A stretch of 64,000 bases of DNA from Hyphomicrobiales bacterium (GCA_021775475.1 JAJFHS010000070.1:29234-93233), one strand, 5' to 3'; positions 1-10,249 are shown, counted from the stretch's first letter. Numbers and translations: made by a program. Notes: generated from the letters alone by a model not told the origin.

Positions 1-329
1 GCACTTATGGAAAAAACCAGCCACACAGATAAATACCCGCCTATCAATACAAGTGGCGATACGGTGATGATCGATTTTACTGTGGCGGTCTGGCAAATCT
101 GCACATAGGCAGAAATCATCGGTATAGCTGTTGGCAGCATCATGGCTACCGACATCGCCACCCACATTGAAGCAAACAGGCCTACAGAATAATTCATTTC
201 CGAGTTGGCACCTGTCATAGACATCGAGTGACCAGACATCATTACCAGATAGGCCCAGGCGATCACAATCATTGCACTCAAACCTGTAAACGCGATGAAT
301 TTCGGGTTAAGGAACGCGGCATATTTCAT
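1..329 (-). CDS. DUF2182-like integral membrane protein, N-terminal part only (gene runs off the left edge)
   Basis: Not in the ORF track because the window truncates it. My minus-strand translation from ATG at 329-327 reads MKYAAFLNPKFIAFTGLSAMIVIAWAYLVMMSGHSMSMTGANSEMNYSVGLFASMWVAMSVAMMLPTAIPMISAYVQ... and stays open to position 1. It has hydrophobic helices and a W..AM..AMMLP.A.P-type motif that I associate with DUF2182. Confidence 0.5.
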   Translation of the reverse strand, partial: MKYAAFLNPKFIAFTGLSAMIVIAWAYLVMMSGHSMSMTGANSEMNYSVGLFASMWVAMSVAMMLPTAIPMISAYVQICQTATVKSIITVSPLVLIGGYLSVWLVFSIS

Positions 330-352
330 TGATGATTACTCGCAATCATAGG

Positions 353-1141
353 CTAACTACCGGTAAATCTTGCATCGCGCTTTTCCTTGAAGGCTGTAAC
401 ACCTTCGCGATAGTCATCTGTGCGCCCGGCTTCTCCCTGCAAACGTCGCTCAAGGTCCAATTGCTGGTCATACGAATTTGAGGAGACAGCATGGATAGCC
501 TGTTTGGTCAATCCAAGAGCAACGGTTGCCTGTTGCGACATTTGTGTGGCCAGAGCCATGACATCGTCCATGAAGGTGTCATCATCAAACACCTGCCACA
601 CGAGCCCCCATTTCTTCGCCCGTTTAGCGCTAATCGGTGTTGCCAGCATGCTCACTGCTTTGGCCCGCATTTCTCCCAGTTTGTGAGTGAGAATATAGGT
701 TCCACCGGCATCGGGAATGAGGCCAATGCGGCTGAATGCCTGAATGAAACGGGCTGATTTGGCAGCCACAACGATATCACCGGTAAGCGCAATGTTTGCA
801 CCTGCACCGGCGGCAACGCCATTGACGGCAGTAATTACCGGAATGGAAAGCCCGCGCAATCGCTTGACCAGGGGATTATAATACTCATCGAGAGATTTCC
901 CCACATCGGGAGCATCATTGGGATTAAACTTTTTCTCGCTCAAATCCTGCCCAGCACAAAATGCCCGCCCGGCCCCGGTTATAACCACAACACGGCAATG
1001 TGGGTCTGCGGCTACCCGGTTTAATTCAGCGGCGAGTTCGCGATGCATTTCGGTGTTAAAACTATTCAGCTTATCCGGCCGGTTAAGGGTGATGACACAG
1101 ATAGCGTTCTTTTGTTCCACAAGGATTGAATTATAAGACAT
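353..1141 (-). CDS. enoyl-CoA hydratase/isomerase, PaaG-like (crotonase fold)
   Basis: 262 aa. Motifs ITGAGRAFCAGQDL, AVNGVAAGAGANIAL, LDLERRLQGEAGRTDDYREGVTAFKEKR. Resembles E. coli PaaG along its whole length as I recall it, but no other paa genes are nearby. Confidence 0.9.
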   Translation of the reverse strand: MSYNSILVEQKNAICVITLNRPDKLNSFNTEMHRELAAELNRVAADPHCRVVVITGAGRAFCAGQDLSEKKFNPNDAPDVGKSLDEYYNPLVKRLRGLSIPVITAVNGVAAGAGANIALTGDIVVAAKSARFIQAFSRIGLIPDAGGTYILTHKLGEMRAKAVSMLATPISAKRAKKWGLVWQVFDDDTFMDDVMALATQMSQQATVALGLTKQAIHAVSSNSYDQQLDLERRLQGEAGRTDDYREGVTAFKEKRDARFTGS

Positions 1142-1211
1142 AGGCTGGCTTCTTGTTGAGTTTTCCTGAGGCTCTATTGCGCATTAAAAACACGGTGAAG
1201 TCCAGCAAATC

Positions 1212-2447
1212 ATGTATACTAACCCCATGAAAAAGAGAGCTTACGATGTGGTCGTCGCCGGTGCCGGGCCAGCCGGACTTGTTGCAGCACTGCTGGTCGC
1301 CAGAACCGGATTGCAAGTTGCCGTCATTGACCCGCTCCTATCCGATAAAAGTTCCAAAAAAGCTCATAAGGATGCCCGCACAGTTGCCTTGATGCAAGGC
1401 GGTGTGCGTCTGCTCAAACACCTGGATATCTGGCCGCAGTGCCACAAGGTTGCAGCGCCGCTGTGGCGAATGCGGCTGATCGATCATACCATGAGGTTTT
1501 TAAAAGCACCGACCGTAACCTTCGATGCCCATGAACTGGGCGATGACCCGTTTGCCTGGAATGTACCTTTGGGGCTACTCAACCAGTGTTTGCAAAAATC
1601 CGCCGATGACATGAAAAATCTTGATCTGATTGGCGGGCGCATAAAGACGGTTGTGTCTGAGGGGCTGGAAGTTGAGATCTCGGTTGAAGCCCAGGCACAA
1701 CCAATTACAGCTAATTGTGTTATAGCAGCAGATGGTCGCCATTCACTGTGCCGCGATGCAGCCTTTATAAAAGTGACAAAATGGTCATATCCGCAAAAAG
1801 CCGTTGCCTGTAGCTTTTCGCATGCGTTACCCCACGAGGATATGTCGGTTGAATTTCATCGTAGCGCTGGCCCCCTCACTCTGGTACCACTGGAAGGTAA
1901 TCGCTCAGGGCTGGTGTGGATTGAAAAGCCTGAGGATGCCGATGAGATATTTTGTCTGTCTGATGATGCATTTTGCTGGCAACTGGAAAAACAATCAGAT
2001 GGTGTTTTGGGGAAAATATCAAATGCGAGCCCACGCGGATTGTTTCCGATTGATGGATTAACCGCCAGACACTTCGCCAAAAACCGCATCATGCTGGTGG
2101 GTGAAGCGGCACACGTATTACCTCCAATTGGCGCACAGGGGCTCAATCTGGGGTTGCGTGATGCCGCATTGGTGGCTGAGTTGATTGGTGATGCCAAGCT
2201 TATGAATGAAGATATCGGTAGCGACAAAATCATGCAAACCTATGACCGCCGCCGCCGCCTCGACATTTTCCCCCGAACCGTTGTGGTCGATCTTTTAAAC
2301 CGTTCGCTCATCCACAATTTCGCGCCCTTGCAAGGAGCGCGCGGGCTCGGGCTTTTCATGCTCAATCAGATCGGCCCCTTGCGCCGTGAAGTCATGCAGC
2401 GCGGCATGCAACCGCTTAAAGATGTGCCGCGCCTGATGCGAGCGTGA
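1212..2447 (+). CDS. FAD-dependent monooxygenase, UbiH/UbiF/VisC/Coq6 family
   Basis: YDVVVAGAGPAGLVAA Rossmann motif, ADGRHS, LVGEAAHVLPPIGAQGLNLGLRDA FAD-binding motif. The start could be ATG 1212 or 1227. Confidence 0.85.
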   Translation: MYTNPMKKRAYDVVVAGAGPAGLVAALLVARTGLQVAVIDPLLSDKSSKKAHKDARTVALMQGGVRLLKHLDIWPQCHKVAAPLWRMRLIDHTMRFLKAPTVTFDAHELGDDPFAWNVPLGLLNQCLQKSADDMKNLDLIGGRIKTVVSEGLEVEISVEAQAQPITANCVIAADGRHSLCRDAAFIKVTKWSYPQKAVACSFSHALPHEDMSVEFHRSAGPLTLVPLEGNRSGLVWIEKPEDADEIFCLSDDAFCWQLEKQSDGVLGKISNASPRGLFPIDGLTARHFAKNRIMLVGEAAHVLPPIGAQGLNLGLRDAALVAELIGDAKLMNEDIGSDKIMQTYDRRRRLDIFPRTVVVDLLNRSLIHNFAPLQGARGLGLFMLNQIGPLRREVMQRGMQPLKDVPRLMRA

Positions 2448-2448
2448 C

Positions 2449-3201
2449 TTAAATACGCAGAGACGGCAGGCCGATGCCAGTGCTTTCAAACCCGCCATCG
2501 GCAGCGATCACCTGGCCGGTCACATAGCTGGCTTTATCCGAACACAAAAACGTAATAACAGATGCAATTTCGTCTTCGGAACCGTAGCGATTTAAGGGGA
2601 TGGCATCGTGATAAGCGTCAACAATATCCTGTGTGTGCACCGCCATCGCCAGTTTTGTGCGCACCGGCCCCGGTGCCACACAATTAACGCGGATGCCGTA
2701 TTCGCCCAACTCCGCTGCAAATTGTTGCGTCAGGTGGATGACAGCGGCTTTTGAAGTACCATAGGCTACCCGCAGGGTTGAAGCGCGCAATCCCGATATG
2801 CTGGCGATATTGACAATGCAGCCTTTTGATTGCTTCAAAGCCGGAGTTACCGCCATCGAGCATAAGAAAACGCCATCGAGATTGGTGGCCATAACGTCGC
2901 GCCAACGCTGGAAATCGGTTTTTTCAATCGGGCCGAAATCGGCGACACCGGCATTGTTGATTAATGCATCTATGTGTCCAAAAGCAGCCTCGGTTTCAGC
3001 TACCATGTGGTCGACCTGTTGAGCATCTGAAATGTCGAAAACCAAAGGCAACACGCTGTTTAATCCGTCGGCAGCACTGGCCAGTTCATCGCCATCACGG
3101 TCGACCATGGCCACGCGACACCCCTCGGCAATCAAGAGTTTTGTTGTCGCTAGCCCGATACCGCGTGCTGCTCCGGTGACAATTGCAGTCTTCTCCGTCA
3201 T
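2449..3201 (-). CDS. short-chain dehydrogenase/reductase (SDR)
   Basis: TGAARGIGLA (TGxxxGxG), NNAG, YGTSKAAV (YxxxK). I chose the start at MTEKTAIV (ATG 3201-3199) because it follows AAGGAG and does not overlap the upstream gene. The track ORF extends to 3306. Confidence 0.9.
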   Translation of the reverse strand: MTEKTAIVTGAARGIGLATTKLLIAEGCRVAMVDRDGDELASAADGLNSVLPLVFDISDAQQVDHMVAETEAAFGHIDALINNAGVADFGPIEKTDFQRWRDVMATNLDGVFLCSMAVTPALKQSKGCIVNIASISGLRASTLRVAYGTSKAAVIHLTQQFAAELGEYGIRVNCVAPGPVRTKLAMAVHTQDIVDAYHDAIPLNRYGSEDEIASVITFLCSDKASYVTGQVIAADGGFESTGIGLPSLRI

Positions 3202-3217
3202 GGAGTACTCCTTGGTT

Positions 3218-4342
3218 TTATTCCTTAAAAAACTCATCGTTGTGAGCACCCAACGCCGGTGCGGATTTTGGCTTGGCAACCTCATCTCTGAATTGCGGCA
3301 CCACACCTACGGGGAGCGCTGGCAATTCATCACCTTCGTCATTAACGAGACGGTGGTCAAACAGGCCACGGGATTTGAAATGAGGATCGTTTAAAGCATC
3401 TTCCAGACTTGATACAATCGAGCAGCAACAATCCTCGCCGCTGAACAGTTGGCGCCAGTGTTGGGCGTTTTGCCCGGCAATTAGAGAGGCCACTGCCACT
3501 ATGGTCTGGTCGGCATCTGAATGGTTGTCTTTGAACCCGCTGAGTTGGCAAAACCGGTTCCAGAATTTCTCCTCCAGAGCAGCAACGGCGACAAATTCAC
3601 CATCACTGGTTGGATAAATCTGATAGCGCGGCGAGCCGCCGGTCAAAAGCTCTCCCCCGTTTTTTGGCCATTGACCGCTTAAGTTACCGGCAGCTGAGGC
3701 CCAATAGGTGAGCATGAACATATTGTCGGTCATGGCAATGTCGAGATGTGTGCCCTGCCCGGTTTTATCGCGCATCAAAAGAGCGAGCAGAATATTGACA
3801 ACGGCGGGATAGGTGCCACCGGCAAGATCGGCAATGAGAACGGGCGGTACCACGGGGTGTTTTTTGTTGCCCATGCCCAGGGACAAAACACCAGTGTCAC
3901 CGATGTAATTAAGATCGTGGCCAGCTGTTGAAGCCTTTGGGCCGGTGGCACCATAGCCGGTGATGGAACAATAGATGATTTTCGGGTTGAGCGTTCGAAC
4001 AGCGTCATAATCCAGTCCCAGTCTCTGCATAACACCCGGTCTGAATTGCTCGAGAATGATGTCTGCATCGCGTATCAATGGTTCCAGCTTTTTGACGACG
4101 CCTTTTGCTTTGAGGTCAATGGTCAGAGATTTCTTGCCACGGTTCAAAACTGAAAAATTGACGGATTCACCGCCCCATCTGGGATCATATTGCCGCAACT
4201 CTTCACCAAACCCCGGTCGCTCGATTTTGATGACTTCCGCACCGGCTTCAGCCAGCATCAGGCTGGCCATGGGACCAGGCAGCAGGGTTGAAAAATCCAA
4301 TACCCGAATGCCGGAAAGTGGTTGTCTGGTCATAGGTGGCAA
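3218..4342 (-). CDS. family III CoA-transferase (CaiB/BaiF), alpha-methylacyl-CoA-racemase-like
   Basis: GIRVLDFSTLLPGPMASLMLAEAGAEVIKIERP N-terminus and a GHDLNY motif typical of the CaiB/BaiF/AMACR family. Confidence 0.85.
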   Translation of the reverse strand: MPPMTRQPLSGIRVLDFSTLLPGPMASLMLAEAGAEVIKIERPGFGEELRQYDPRWGGESVNFSVLNRGKKSLTIDLKAKGVVKKLEPLIRDADIILEQFRPGVMQRLGLDYDAVRTLNPKIIYCSITGYGATGPKASTAGHDLNYIGDTGVLSLGMGNKKHPVVPPVLIADLAGGTYPAVVNILLALLMRDKTGQGTHLDIAMTDNMFMLTYWASAAGNLSGQWPKNGGELLTGGSPRYQIYPTSDGEFVAVAALEEKFWNRFCQLSGFKDNHSDADQTIVAVASLIAGQNAQHWRQLFSGEDCCCSIVSSLEDALNDPHFKSRGLFDHRLVNDEGDELPALPVGVVPQFRDEVAKPKSAPALGAHNDEFFKE

Positions 4343-4357
4343 TCTTCCAATTCAGGT

Positions 4358-5317
4358 TCAGAAAAAATCCAGCGGTAGTCTTCCGCGATCAATCATAATC
4401 AACACAAGCGTCACTGTAATCATCGAAATTGCCGTGGTGACAAGAATTGCACTGGATGAGCCTTCAACGTATTCGTCATATTGCACCGCCATGACAAAAA
4501 CAGTGGTGGCAGTGGGCAGTGATGCCATCAAAACAGCAACCCCCACCCAAAGGGGATCAATCCCGCCCATGAGCGTTAAAATCAACAATACCAAAAGCGG
4601 GTGCAGAACTGATTTGGCAATGACAATCAGGGGGAATTCACGCCCCATTCCGGCCAGCGGCTGATAAGCCACGGTAACACCGAGGATAAAAAGCGCACTG
4701 GGGGCAGCAGCGCCACTGAGAAAATCCAGTAATGTATCAACCGGCAGCGGTAGTTTTATGGAAAATGCCGAGGCAAAAACCCCCAGAATTGTTGCGATGA
4801 TAAACGGGTGCAAAAATACCTGTCTGGCGATCTTGATCAGGATTGCCTTTACATCGGTTTTTTCCGAACTGCCAAAAGAGTTCAACAGCGGCACCAGTGA
4901 ATATTGCAACGTGCTGTCAAAACAGAAAATCAACGTAGCGGGAACAGCGGCTGCTGGCCCAAGGGCTGCTACCGTTAGCGGCAGCCCCATATAACTGATG
5001 TTACCATAACTGGCTGCTGCCCCCTGCATCGCGGCTTCGCCAATACGCTTGTTCAAAATCATAAGCGATACAGCAAAAACCAGAATGAATATTGCATAAG
5101 AAGAAAAAGTTGTAGCCAGAATGAAAGGCCAGTTGGTCAATTGTTCAATCGGTGCCGAGGCGACAGTTTGAAACACCAGCGGCGGCAAGGCGAAGTAGAT
5201 CACGAATGTATTAAACCATTCGATGCCGCTTTTATCCTTGCGTATGAATTTTCCGGCGATGAAGCCTATCAATATGAGGCCGAAAAAGGGCAGAATGAGA
5301 TTTACAACAGTGCTCAT
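4358..5317 (-). CDS. AEC (auxin efflux carrier) family membrane transporter
   Basis: 319 aa, roughly 10 hydrophobic helices. N-terminus (VVNLILPFFGLILIGF) and overall layout are typical of the AEC/membrane transport protein family. Confidence 0.8.
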   Translation of the reverse strand: MSTVVNLILPFFGLILIGFIAGKFIRKDKSGIEWFNTFVIYFALPPLVFQTVASAPIEQLTNWPFILATTFSSYAIFILVFAVSLMILNKRIGEAAMQGAAASYGNISYMGLPLTVAALGPAAAVPATLIFCFDSTLQYSLVPLLNSFGSSEKTDVKAILIKIARQVFLHPFIIATILGVFASAFSIKLPLPVDTLLDFLSGAAAPSALFILGVTVAYQPLAGMGREFPLIVIAKSVLHPLLVLLILTLMGGIDPLWVGVAVLMASLPTATTVFVMAVQYDEYVEGSSSAILVTTAISMITVTLVLIMIDRGRLPLDFF

Positions 5318-5476
5318 AGGCAGGCTCTAGGTTTGGGTCCAGGGTATTGGTTTTAACGCTTTCGAAGCAGCGAGAAACTATGCCTTTTTAGCCGAAGGTG
5401 TCCAGCCCCAGTTTTTCAAAGATATCTCAAAGTGTAAACTGATCGACAAAATTATCCGGGCCGGATGTCGAGGCAT

Positions 5477-5505
5477 TTTACCGGGACCATAAATTTTGGT
5501 ATAAT
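5477..5505 (+). promoter_or_regulatory. candidate sigma70 promoter for cfa (extended -10)
   Basis: TGgTATAAT at 5497-5505 is a perfect -10 with an extended TG. TTTACC at 5477-5482 lies 17 bp upstream as a weak -35. The site is about 40 bp upstream of the cfa ATG. Confidence 0.35.
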
Positions 5506-5542
5506 ACGCTCACTACGGATTGCTGATACAAGGGGGCAAACG

Positions 5543-6757
5543 ATGCTGCTGGTTCGATTGTTAAAAGGTATCGTCAAAATCGGTGAGGTTGTTGTTGTTG
5601 ATTCAACCGGGCGTTCCTGGAACGTCGGGGACGCTTCCACCGGGCCTTCCGTCACCTTAGTTCTGCATGACAATAAGGTAAGTTATAAGTTTGCACTCAA
5701 TCCAAGGCTGTATTTCGGTGAAGCCTATATGGATGGCAGTCTGACGATTAAAAATGGCACGATATACGATTTTATCGACCTCATGGGCCTGAATATTGGC
5801 ACTGGTTCGATAAATACCGCAGACCGGTGGATGACCAGAGCACGGCTTTTGTGGCGCCGGTTCAGACAGGCGAATTCGCTCACCCGCGCCCGGCAAAATG
5901 TTGCCCACCACTATGATTTGTCCAGTCAGCTTTACGATCTTTTCCTCGATAAAAACCGGCAGTACTCCTGTGCTTATTTTTCTGATCCTAAGATGTCGCT
6001 GGATCAAGCCCAGGAAGCAAAGATGACACACATCGCAGCAAAGTTGCTGGTGCAACCGGGTCAGCGCATACTGGAAATCGGTTCAGGCTGGGGCGGTCTT
6101 GCCATTTATCTTGCCAGGGTTACCGGTGCAGATGTTACCGGTGTCACGCTCTCTGTGGAACAACATGAATATTCCTGCAAACTGGTCGAAAAACTCGGGC
6201 TCAGTGATCGGGTACGGTTTTTTTTACGCGATTATCGTGAAGAAGAAGGCACCTACGACCGGGTGGTGTCGGTTGGTATGCTGGAGCATGTGGGCGCCTA
6301 CAGGTATGGCGAATATTTTGGGAAAATCAGACAATTACTGAGTGAGGATGGTATCGCCCTAGTGCATACAATCTCTCATATGGATGAACCTTATCCCACC
6401 AATCCTTGGTTACAGAAATACATTTTCCCCGGCGGCTATGCTCCTGCCCTGTCCGAGTTGTTTCCGGCACTCGAAAAAGCCGGATTGTGGGTCAGTGACG
6501 TTGAGATTTTGCGGATGCATTATGCCTGGACGCTACGGTTCTGGCGGGAGCGTTTTGTTGCCAACTGGGATACAGCCGCTGAGCTTTATGACGAAAGGTT
6601 TTGCCGCATGTGGGAATTTTATCTTGCCGCCAGTGAAATTACTTTTCGCCACCAGGGCCATATGGTGGCGCAAATTCAGCTGACTAAATCAGTAGATACG
6701 GTGCCTTACACGCGCGGTTACATTGCCGAATGGGGAAACCTCATCGATAAATCCTGA
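5543..6757 (+). CDS. cfa: cyclopropane-fatty-acyl-phospholipid synthase family SAM-dependent methyltransferase
   Basis: ILEIGSGWGGLAIYLA (SAM motif I), YDRVVSVGMLEHVG, YIFPGGY. I chose the start at MLLVRLL (ATG 5543) because it follows AGGGGG. The track ORF starts at 5465. Confidence 0.82.
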   Translation: MLLVRLLKGIVKIGEVVVVDSTGRSWNVGDASTGPSVTLVLHDNKVSYKFALNPRLYFGEAYMDGSLTIKNGTIYDFIDLMGLNIGTGSINTADRWMTRARLLWRRFRQANSLTRARQNVAHHYDLSSQLYDLFLDKNRQYSCAYFSDPKMSLDQAQEAKMTHIAAKLLVQPGQRILEIGSGWGGLAIYLARVTGADVTGVTLSVEQHEYSCKLVEKLGLSDRVRFFLRDYREEEGTYDRVVSVGMLEHVGAYRYGEYFGKIRQLLSEDGIALVHTISHMDEPYPTNPWLQKYIFPGGYAPALSELFPALEKAGLWVSDVEILRMHYAWTLRFWRERFVANWDTAAELYDERFCRMWEFYLAASEITFRHQGHMVAQIQLTKSVDTVPYTRGYIAEWGNLIDKS

Positions 6758-6853
6758 ACTCCCGGACAATTGTGCATTGCATCATTTTATCCAGGGGTGC
6801 TATCAATACAGTCATTATTTGACGATTTTTCCAAATTTTCAGCGAGGGAAACG

Positions 6854-7900
6854 ATGGCAAAACTGCCTTCCAATTTTTACAAACCTTTGGCCATCGGCGC
6901 CCCTGATCCATTACGTGAACTACCGGTCAGGCTTGAGAGAATGATCCATTTTCTGCCCCCGCATGTAGAAAAACTGCGCAATCGCATCCCGCAGTTAATT
7001 GATCAGGTTGATGTTATTTTAGGTAATCTTGAAGACGCTATCCCGGTTGAAGCCAAGGAAGAGGCGCGCAAGGGCTTCATTGCCATGGCCAATGAGCATG
7101 ATTATGGCAACACCGGCCTTTGGGTGCGCATCAATGGCCTGCACAGCCCGTGGGTGCTGGATGATCTCACCGACATCGTCGCACAAGCCGGTAACAAGCT
7201 TGATGTTGTCATGGTGCCAATGGTTCAGGGTGATTGGGATATTCATTATGTAGATCAGCTTTTGGCCCAGCTTGAAGCCCGTCATAAGGTTGAAAAACCA
7301 ATATTGATCCACGCAATTTTAGAGACTGCCGAGGGTGTCAAAAATGTTGAGGACATAGCTGCAGCCTCCCCGCGCATGCACGGGATGAGCCTGGGGCCAG
7401 CTGACCTTGCCGCCTCGCGCGGCATGAAAACCACCCGTGTGGGGGGTGGCCACCCCCATTATGGCGTGTTGGCAGACGAAATATCGCCGGATCAAGCGCG
7501 TGGGTTTTATCAACAGGACCTGTGGCATTATACGATCGCCAAAATGGTTGATGCCTGCGCCTCAAACCATATCAAGGCGTTTTATGGACCCTTTGGAGAT
7601 TTTTCAGATGCACAGGCCTGTGAAGCGCAATTCAGAAATTCGTTTCTGCAGGGCTGCGCTGGCGCCTGGACGTTGCACCCCAATCAGATAGATATCGCCC
7701 GGCGGGTGTTCAGTCCTGATGTAGACGAAGTCAAATTCGCTGTTCGGATACTTGCAGCTATGCCCGATGGTGCCGGGGCGGTGATGATCGACGGTAAAAT
7801 GCAGGATGACGCCACCTGGAAACAGGCCAAAGTCATCGTTGATCTGGCAAAAATGGTGGCTGAGACAGACGCGAATTTGGCCAAAGCTTACGGATTTTGA
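6854..7900 (+). CDS. mcl: HpcH/HpaI/CitE-family acyl-CoA lyase, malyl-CoA/beta-methylmalyl-CoA/citramalyl-CoA lyase-like
   Basis: 348 aa from [17 protein letters not shown] (ATG 6854 after GAGGGA). Contains [43 protein letters not shown]. From memory the N-terminus and length resemble the Chloroflexus-type Mcl. Substrate assignment is not certain. Confidence 0.7.
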   Translation: MAKLPSNFYKPLAIGAPDPLRELPVRLERMIHFLPPHVEKLRNRIPQLIDQVDVILGNLEDAIPVEAKEEARKGFIAMANEHDYGNTGLWVRINGLHSPWVLDDLTDIVAQAGNKLDVVMVPMVQGDWDIHYVDQLLAQLEARHKVEKPILIHAILETAEGVKNVEDIAAASPRMHGMSLGPADLAASRGMKTTRVGGGHPHYGVLADEISPDQARGFYQQDLWHYTIAKMVDACASNHIKAFYGPFGDFSDAQACEAQFRNSFLQGCAGAWTLHPNQIDIARRVFSPDVDEVKFAVRILAAMPDGAGAVMIDGKMQDDATWKQAKVIVDLAKMVAETDANLAKAYGF

Positions 7901-8028
7901 TAAAAAATTCCCCGATGAGGGCTAAAAATAGCCACATGAATGACCTATATTGAAAATAGGGCTTATGCTTTGGGGTTTTGTCCTGTATTCTTGGTAATTG
8001 AGTTTATGAAAGTGGATATACCATCGAG

Positions 8029-8367
8029 ATGGAACAGATTAAGCGGACGGCAAAATTCAGTATCGGCCAGATCGTCGCCCATCGGGTTTTTCCGTTTCGT
8101 GGCGTGATTTTTGATGTTGATCCGACCTTCAACAATACCGATGAATGGTGGGAATCCATTCCCGAAGAAGTGCGGCCAATCAAGGATCAGCCGTATTACC
8201 ATTTGTTGGCCGAGAATGAAGATACTGAATATGTTGCCTATGTGTCGGAACAAAACCTGATTGTTGATACTCTTGGCGAACCCATTCACCATCCTCAGGT
8301 AAATGAAATCTTCAGCAGCTACGAAGAAGGCGGTAATTACAAAATTCGCGATTTTATTGCCAATTAG
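8029..8367 (+). CDS. hspQ: heat-shock protein HspQ (YccV-like hemimethylated-DNA-binding domain)
   Basis: FSIGQIVAHRVFPFRGVIFDVDP....DEWW...P..DQPYYHLLAEN pattern. The opposite-strand ORF 7963-8454 has no recognisable features. Confidence 0.85.
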   Translation: MEQIKRTAKFSIGQIVAHRVFPFRGVIFDVDPTFNNTDEWWESIPEEVRPIKDQPYYHLLAENEDTEYVAYVSEQNLIVDTLGEPIHHPQVNEIFSSYEEGGNYKIRDFIAN

Positions 8368-8404
8368 ACACTGTTCCCCGCGCCTTGCTCCGCTATAGTG
8401 CCGC

Positions 8405-10228
8405 ATGTATTGCACCCGCGAATCACTCATCCGTATATTTGGTTTAATCTGCACTGCGGCTGTTGTCTGGGGGATGCCTTCGCCTGCCTATGCGCAACCC
8501 GCCCCTGCAATCGCCATGCACGGTGAGCCCAAATACCAACTGAGTTTCAATAATTTCGACTATGCCGATCCAAACGCCAAACGCGGTGGCAAAATCTCAT
8601 TTGCCACGGTTGGCACATTTGACAGCCTCAACCCACTGATTGTCAAAGGTGTGGCGGCACTGGGCATTAGAAAACATGTCTATGAAAGCCTGATGGCACG
8701 CAGCTTTGATGAGCCCTTTTCGCTTTACGGACTGATAGCTGAAACCATCGAAGTACCCGATGATCGCTCGTGGGTGAGTTTCACGTTGCGACCCGAAGCG
8801 CGGTTTTCCGACGGCCAACCAATCACTGTTGACGATGTGATCTTCTCGCTTGAGACTTTGCGCGATCAGGGTCGGCCCAATCACCAGTTTTATTATTCCA
8901 AAGTTATCAAAATCGAGCGTAGCACCTCGCATAAGGTCAAATTCATTTTCGGCGAAGACCGCGATCGCGAATTACCGTTGATCCTGGGATTAATGCCGAT
9001 ATTGCCCAAACATGCTTTCGTCGACAAAGCTTTTGATATCACCAGTTTTGACAAGCCGATTGGCAGCGGTGCTTATGTTGTTGATACGGTTTCACCGGGT
9101 CGACGCATCACCTATAAGCGCAACCCGGATTACTGGGGTTATAATCTGGGTGTTAACAAGGGCCGGTTTAATTTTGATGTTATTTCGTACGATTATTACC
9201 GCGATGACACCTCGGCCTTTGAAGCTTTTAAAAGCGGATTATTTGATTTTCGTGCTGAAGAAGACCCGACCAAATGGGCCACTGCCTATGAATTCAAGGC
9301 AGTTAAGGACGGCTCCATTGTCGTTGAGGAATTCAAAACCGGCGTGCCTTCGGGGCTATATGGCCTGGTTTTCAACACACGGCGTAAACTCTTTGCAGAT
9401 GCCAGGGTTCGCCAGGCCATGACCTTGTTGTTTGATGGTAAATGGATCAACAAAAACCTGTATCATGACCGCTTCAAACGCACCCGGAGCTATTTTGGCA
9501 ACTCGGAACTATCATATAAAAACCAGCCTGCATCCGTTGAAGAACGCGAGATACTGGCCAGGGCGCAAGCCATCGTTGCCCCTGAATTTCTCGATAACAC
9601 TTACAGATTGCCGCAAGGTGATGGCTCCGGGCGCAATCGTAAGAACCTGAGGAAAGCCATTGGCCTGTTTCTACAGGCCGGTTATGAGCTTGTGGCGGGT
9701 AAATTAATTCAAAAAGACAGCAAAAGGCCGTTCAGTTTTGAAATTCTCGTGGTTAATCGCGATCAGGAGCGTTTGGTTTTGAGCTATGCAACGGCCCTAA
9801 AGCGCGCAGGAATTGATGCCCGTATCAGGCAGGTGGACACGTCGCAATTTGAGCAACGCAAGCTGAAATATGACTTTGATATGCTGCCGTTTTTCTGGTT
9901 CGCCTCGCTGTCACCGGGAAACGAGCAGAGTTTTTACTGGGGCAGCGATGGCCGCAGCCGTGAAGGTACGCGCAACTATATGGGGGCGAAGGACAAATCT
10001 ATTGACCGTTTGATTGAGGCTTTAATCGAGGCGCGCGACAGAAAGAAATTTGTTACAATAGCGCGAGCAATTGACCGGGTATTGATGAGTAAAAACTACG
10101 TCATCCCGCTATTTTACCTGCCTGCACAATGGGTGGCGCACAAGAAGTATTTGAAACACCCAACCACAACTTCTCTATACGGTTATCGTATTGATACTTG
10201 GTGGTCAGAGGAGAATCAGCCAAAGTAA
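8405..10228 (+). CDS. ABC transporter periplasmic substrate-binding protein, family 5 (YejA/OppA-like), orphan
   Basis: 607 aa. Signal peptide ...AAVVWGMPSPAYA. Contains MHGEPKY, GTFDSLNP, and a family-5 SBP layout. No permease or ATPase genes are adjacent. Confidence 0.85.
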   Translation: MYCTRESLIRIFGLICTAAVVWGMPSPAYAQPAPAIAMHGEPKYQLSFNNFDYADPNAKRGGKISFATVGTFDSLNPLIVKGVAALGIRKHVYESLMARSFDEPFSLYGLIAETIEVPDDRSWVSFTLRPEARFSDGQPITVDDVIFSLETLRDQGRPNHQFYYSKVIKIERSTSHKVKFIFGEDRDRELPLILGLMPILPKHAFVDKAFDITSFDKPIGSGAYVVDTVSPGRRITYKRNPDYWGYNLGVNKGRFNFDVISYDYYRDDTSAFEAFKSGLFDFRAEEDPTKWATAYEFKAVKDGSIVVEEFKTGVPSGLYGLVFNTRRKLFADARVRQAMTLLFDGKWINKNLYHDRFKRTRSYFGNSELSYKNQPASVEEREILARAQAIVAPEFLDNTYRLPQGDGSGRNRKNLRKAIGLFLQAGYELVAGKLIQKDSKRPFSFEILVVNRDQERLVLSYATALKRAGIDARIRQVDTSQFEQRKLKYDFDMLPFFWFASLSPGNEQSFYWGSDGRSREGTRNYMGAKDKSIDRLIEALIEARDRKKFVTIARAIDRVLMSKNYVIPLFYLPAQWVAHKKYLKHPTTTSLYGYRIDTWWSEENQPK

Positions 10229-10249
10229 CCTTAAGGGCTAGAGCCTGTC

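Noticed and set aside
7963-8454. 163-aa minus-strand ORF overlapping hspQ
   Set aside because: The plus-strand frame gives a textbook HspQ/YccV sequence. The minus-strand frame has no recognisable features.
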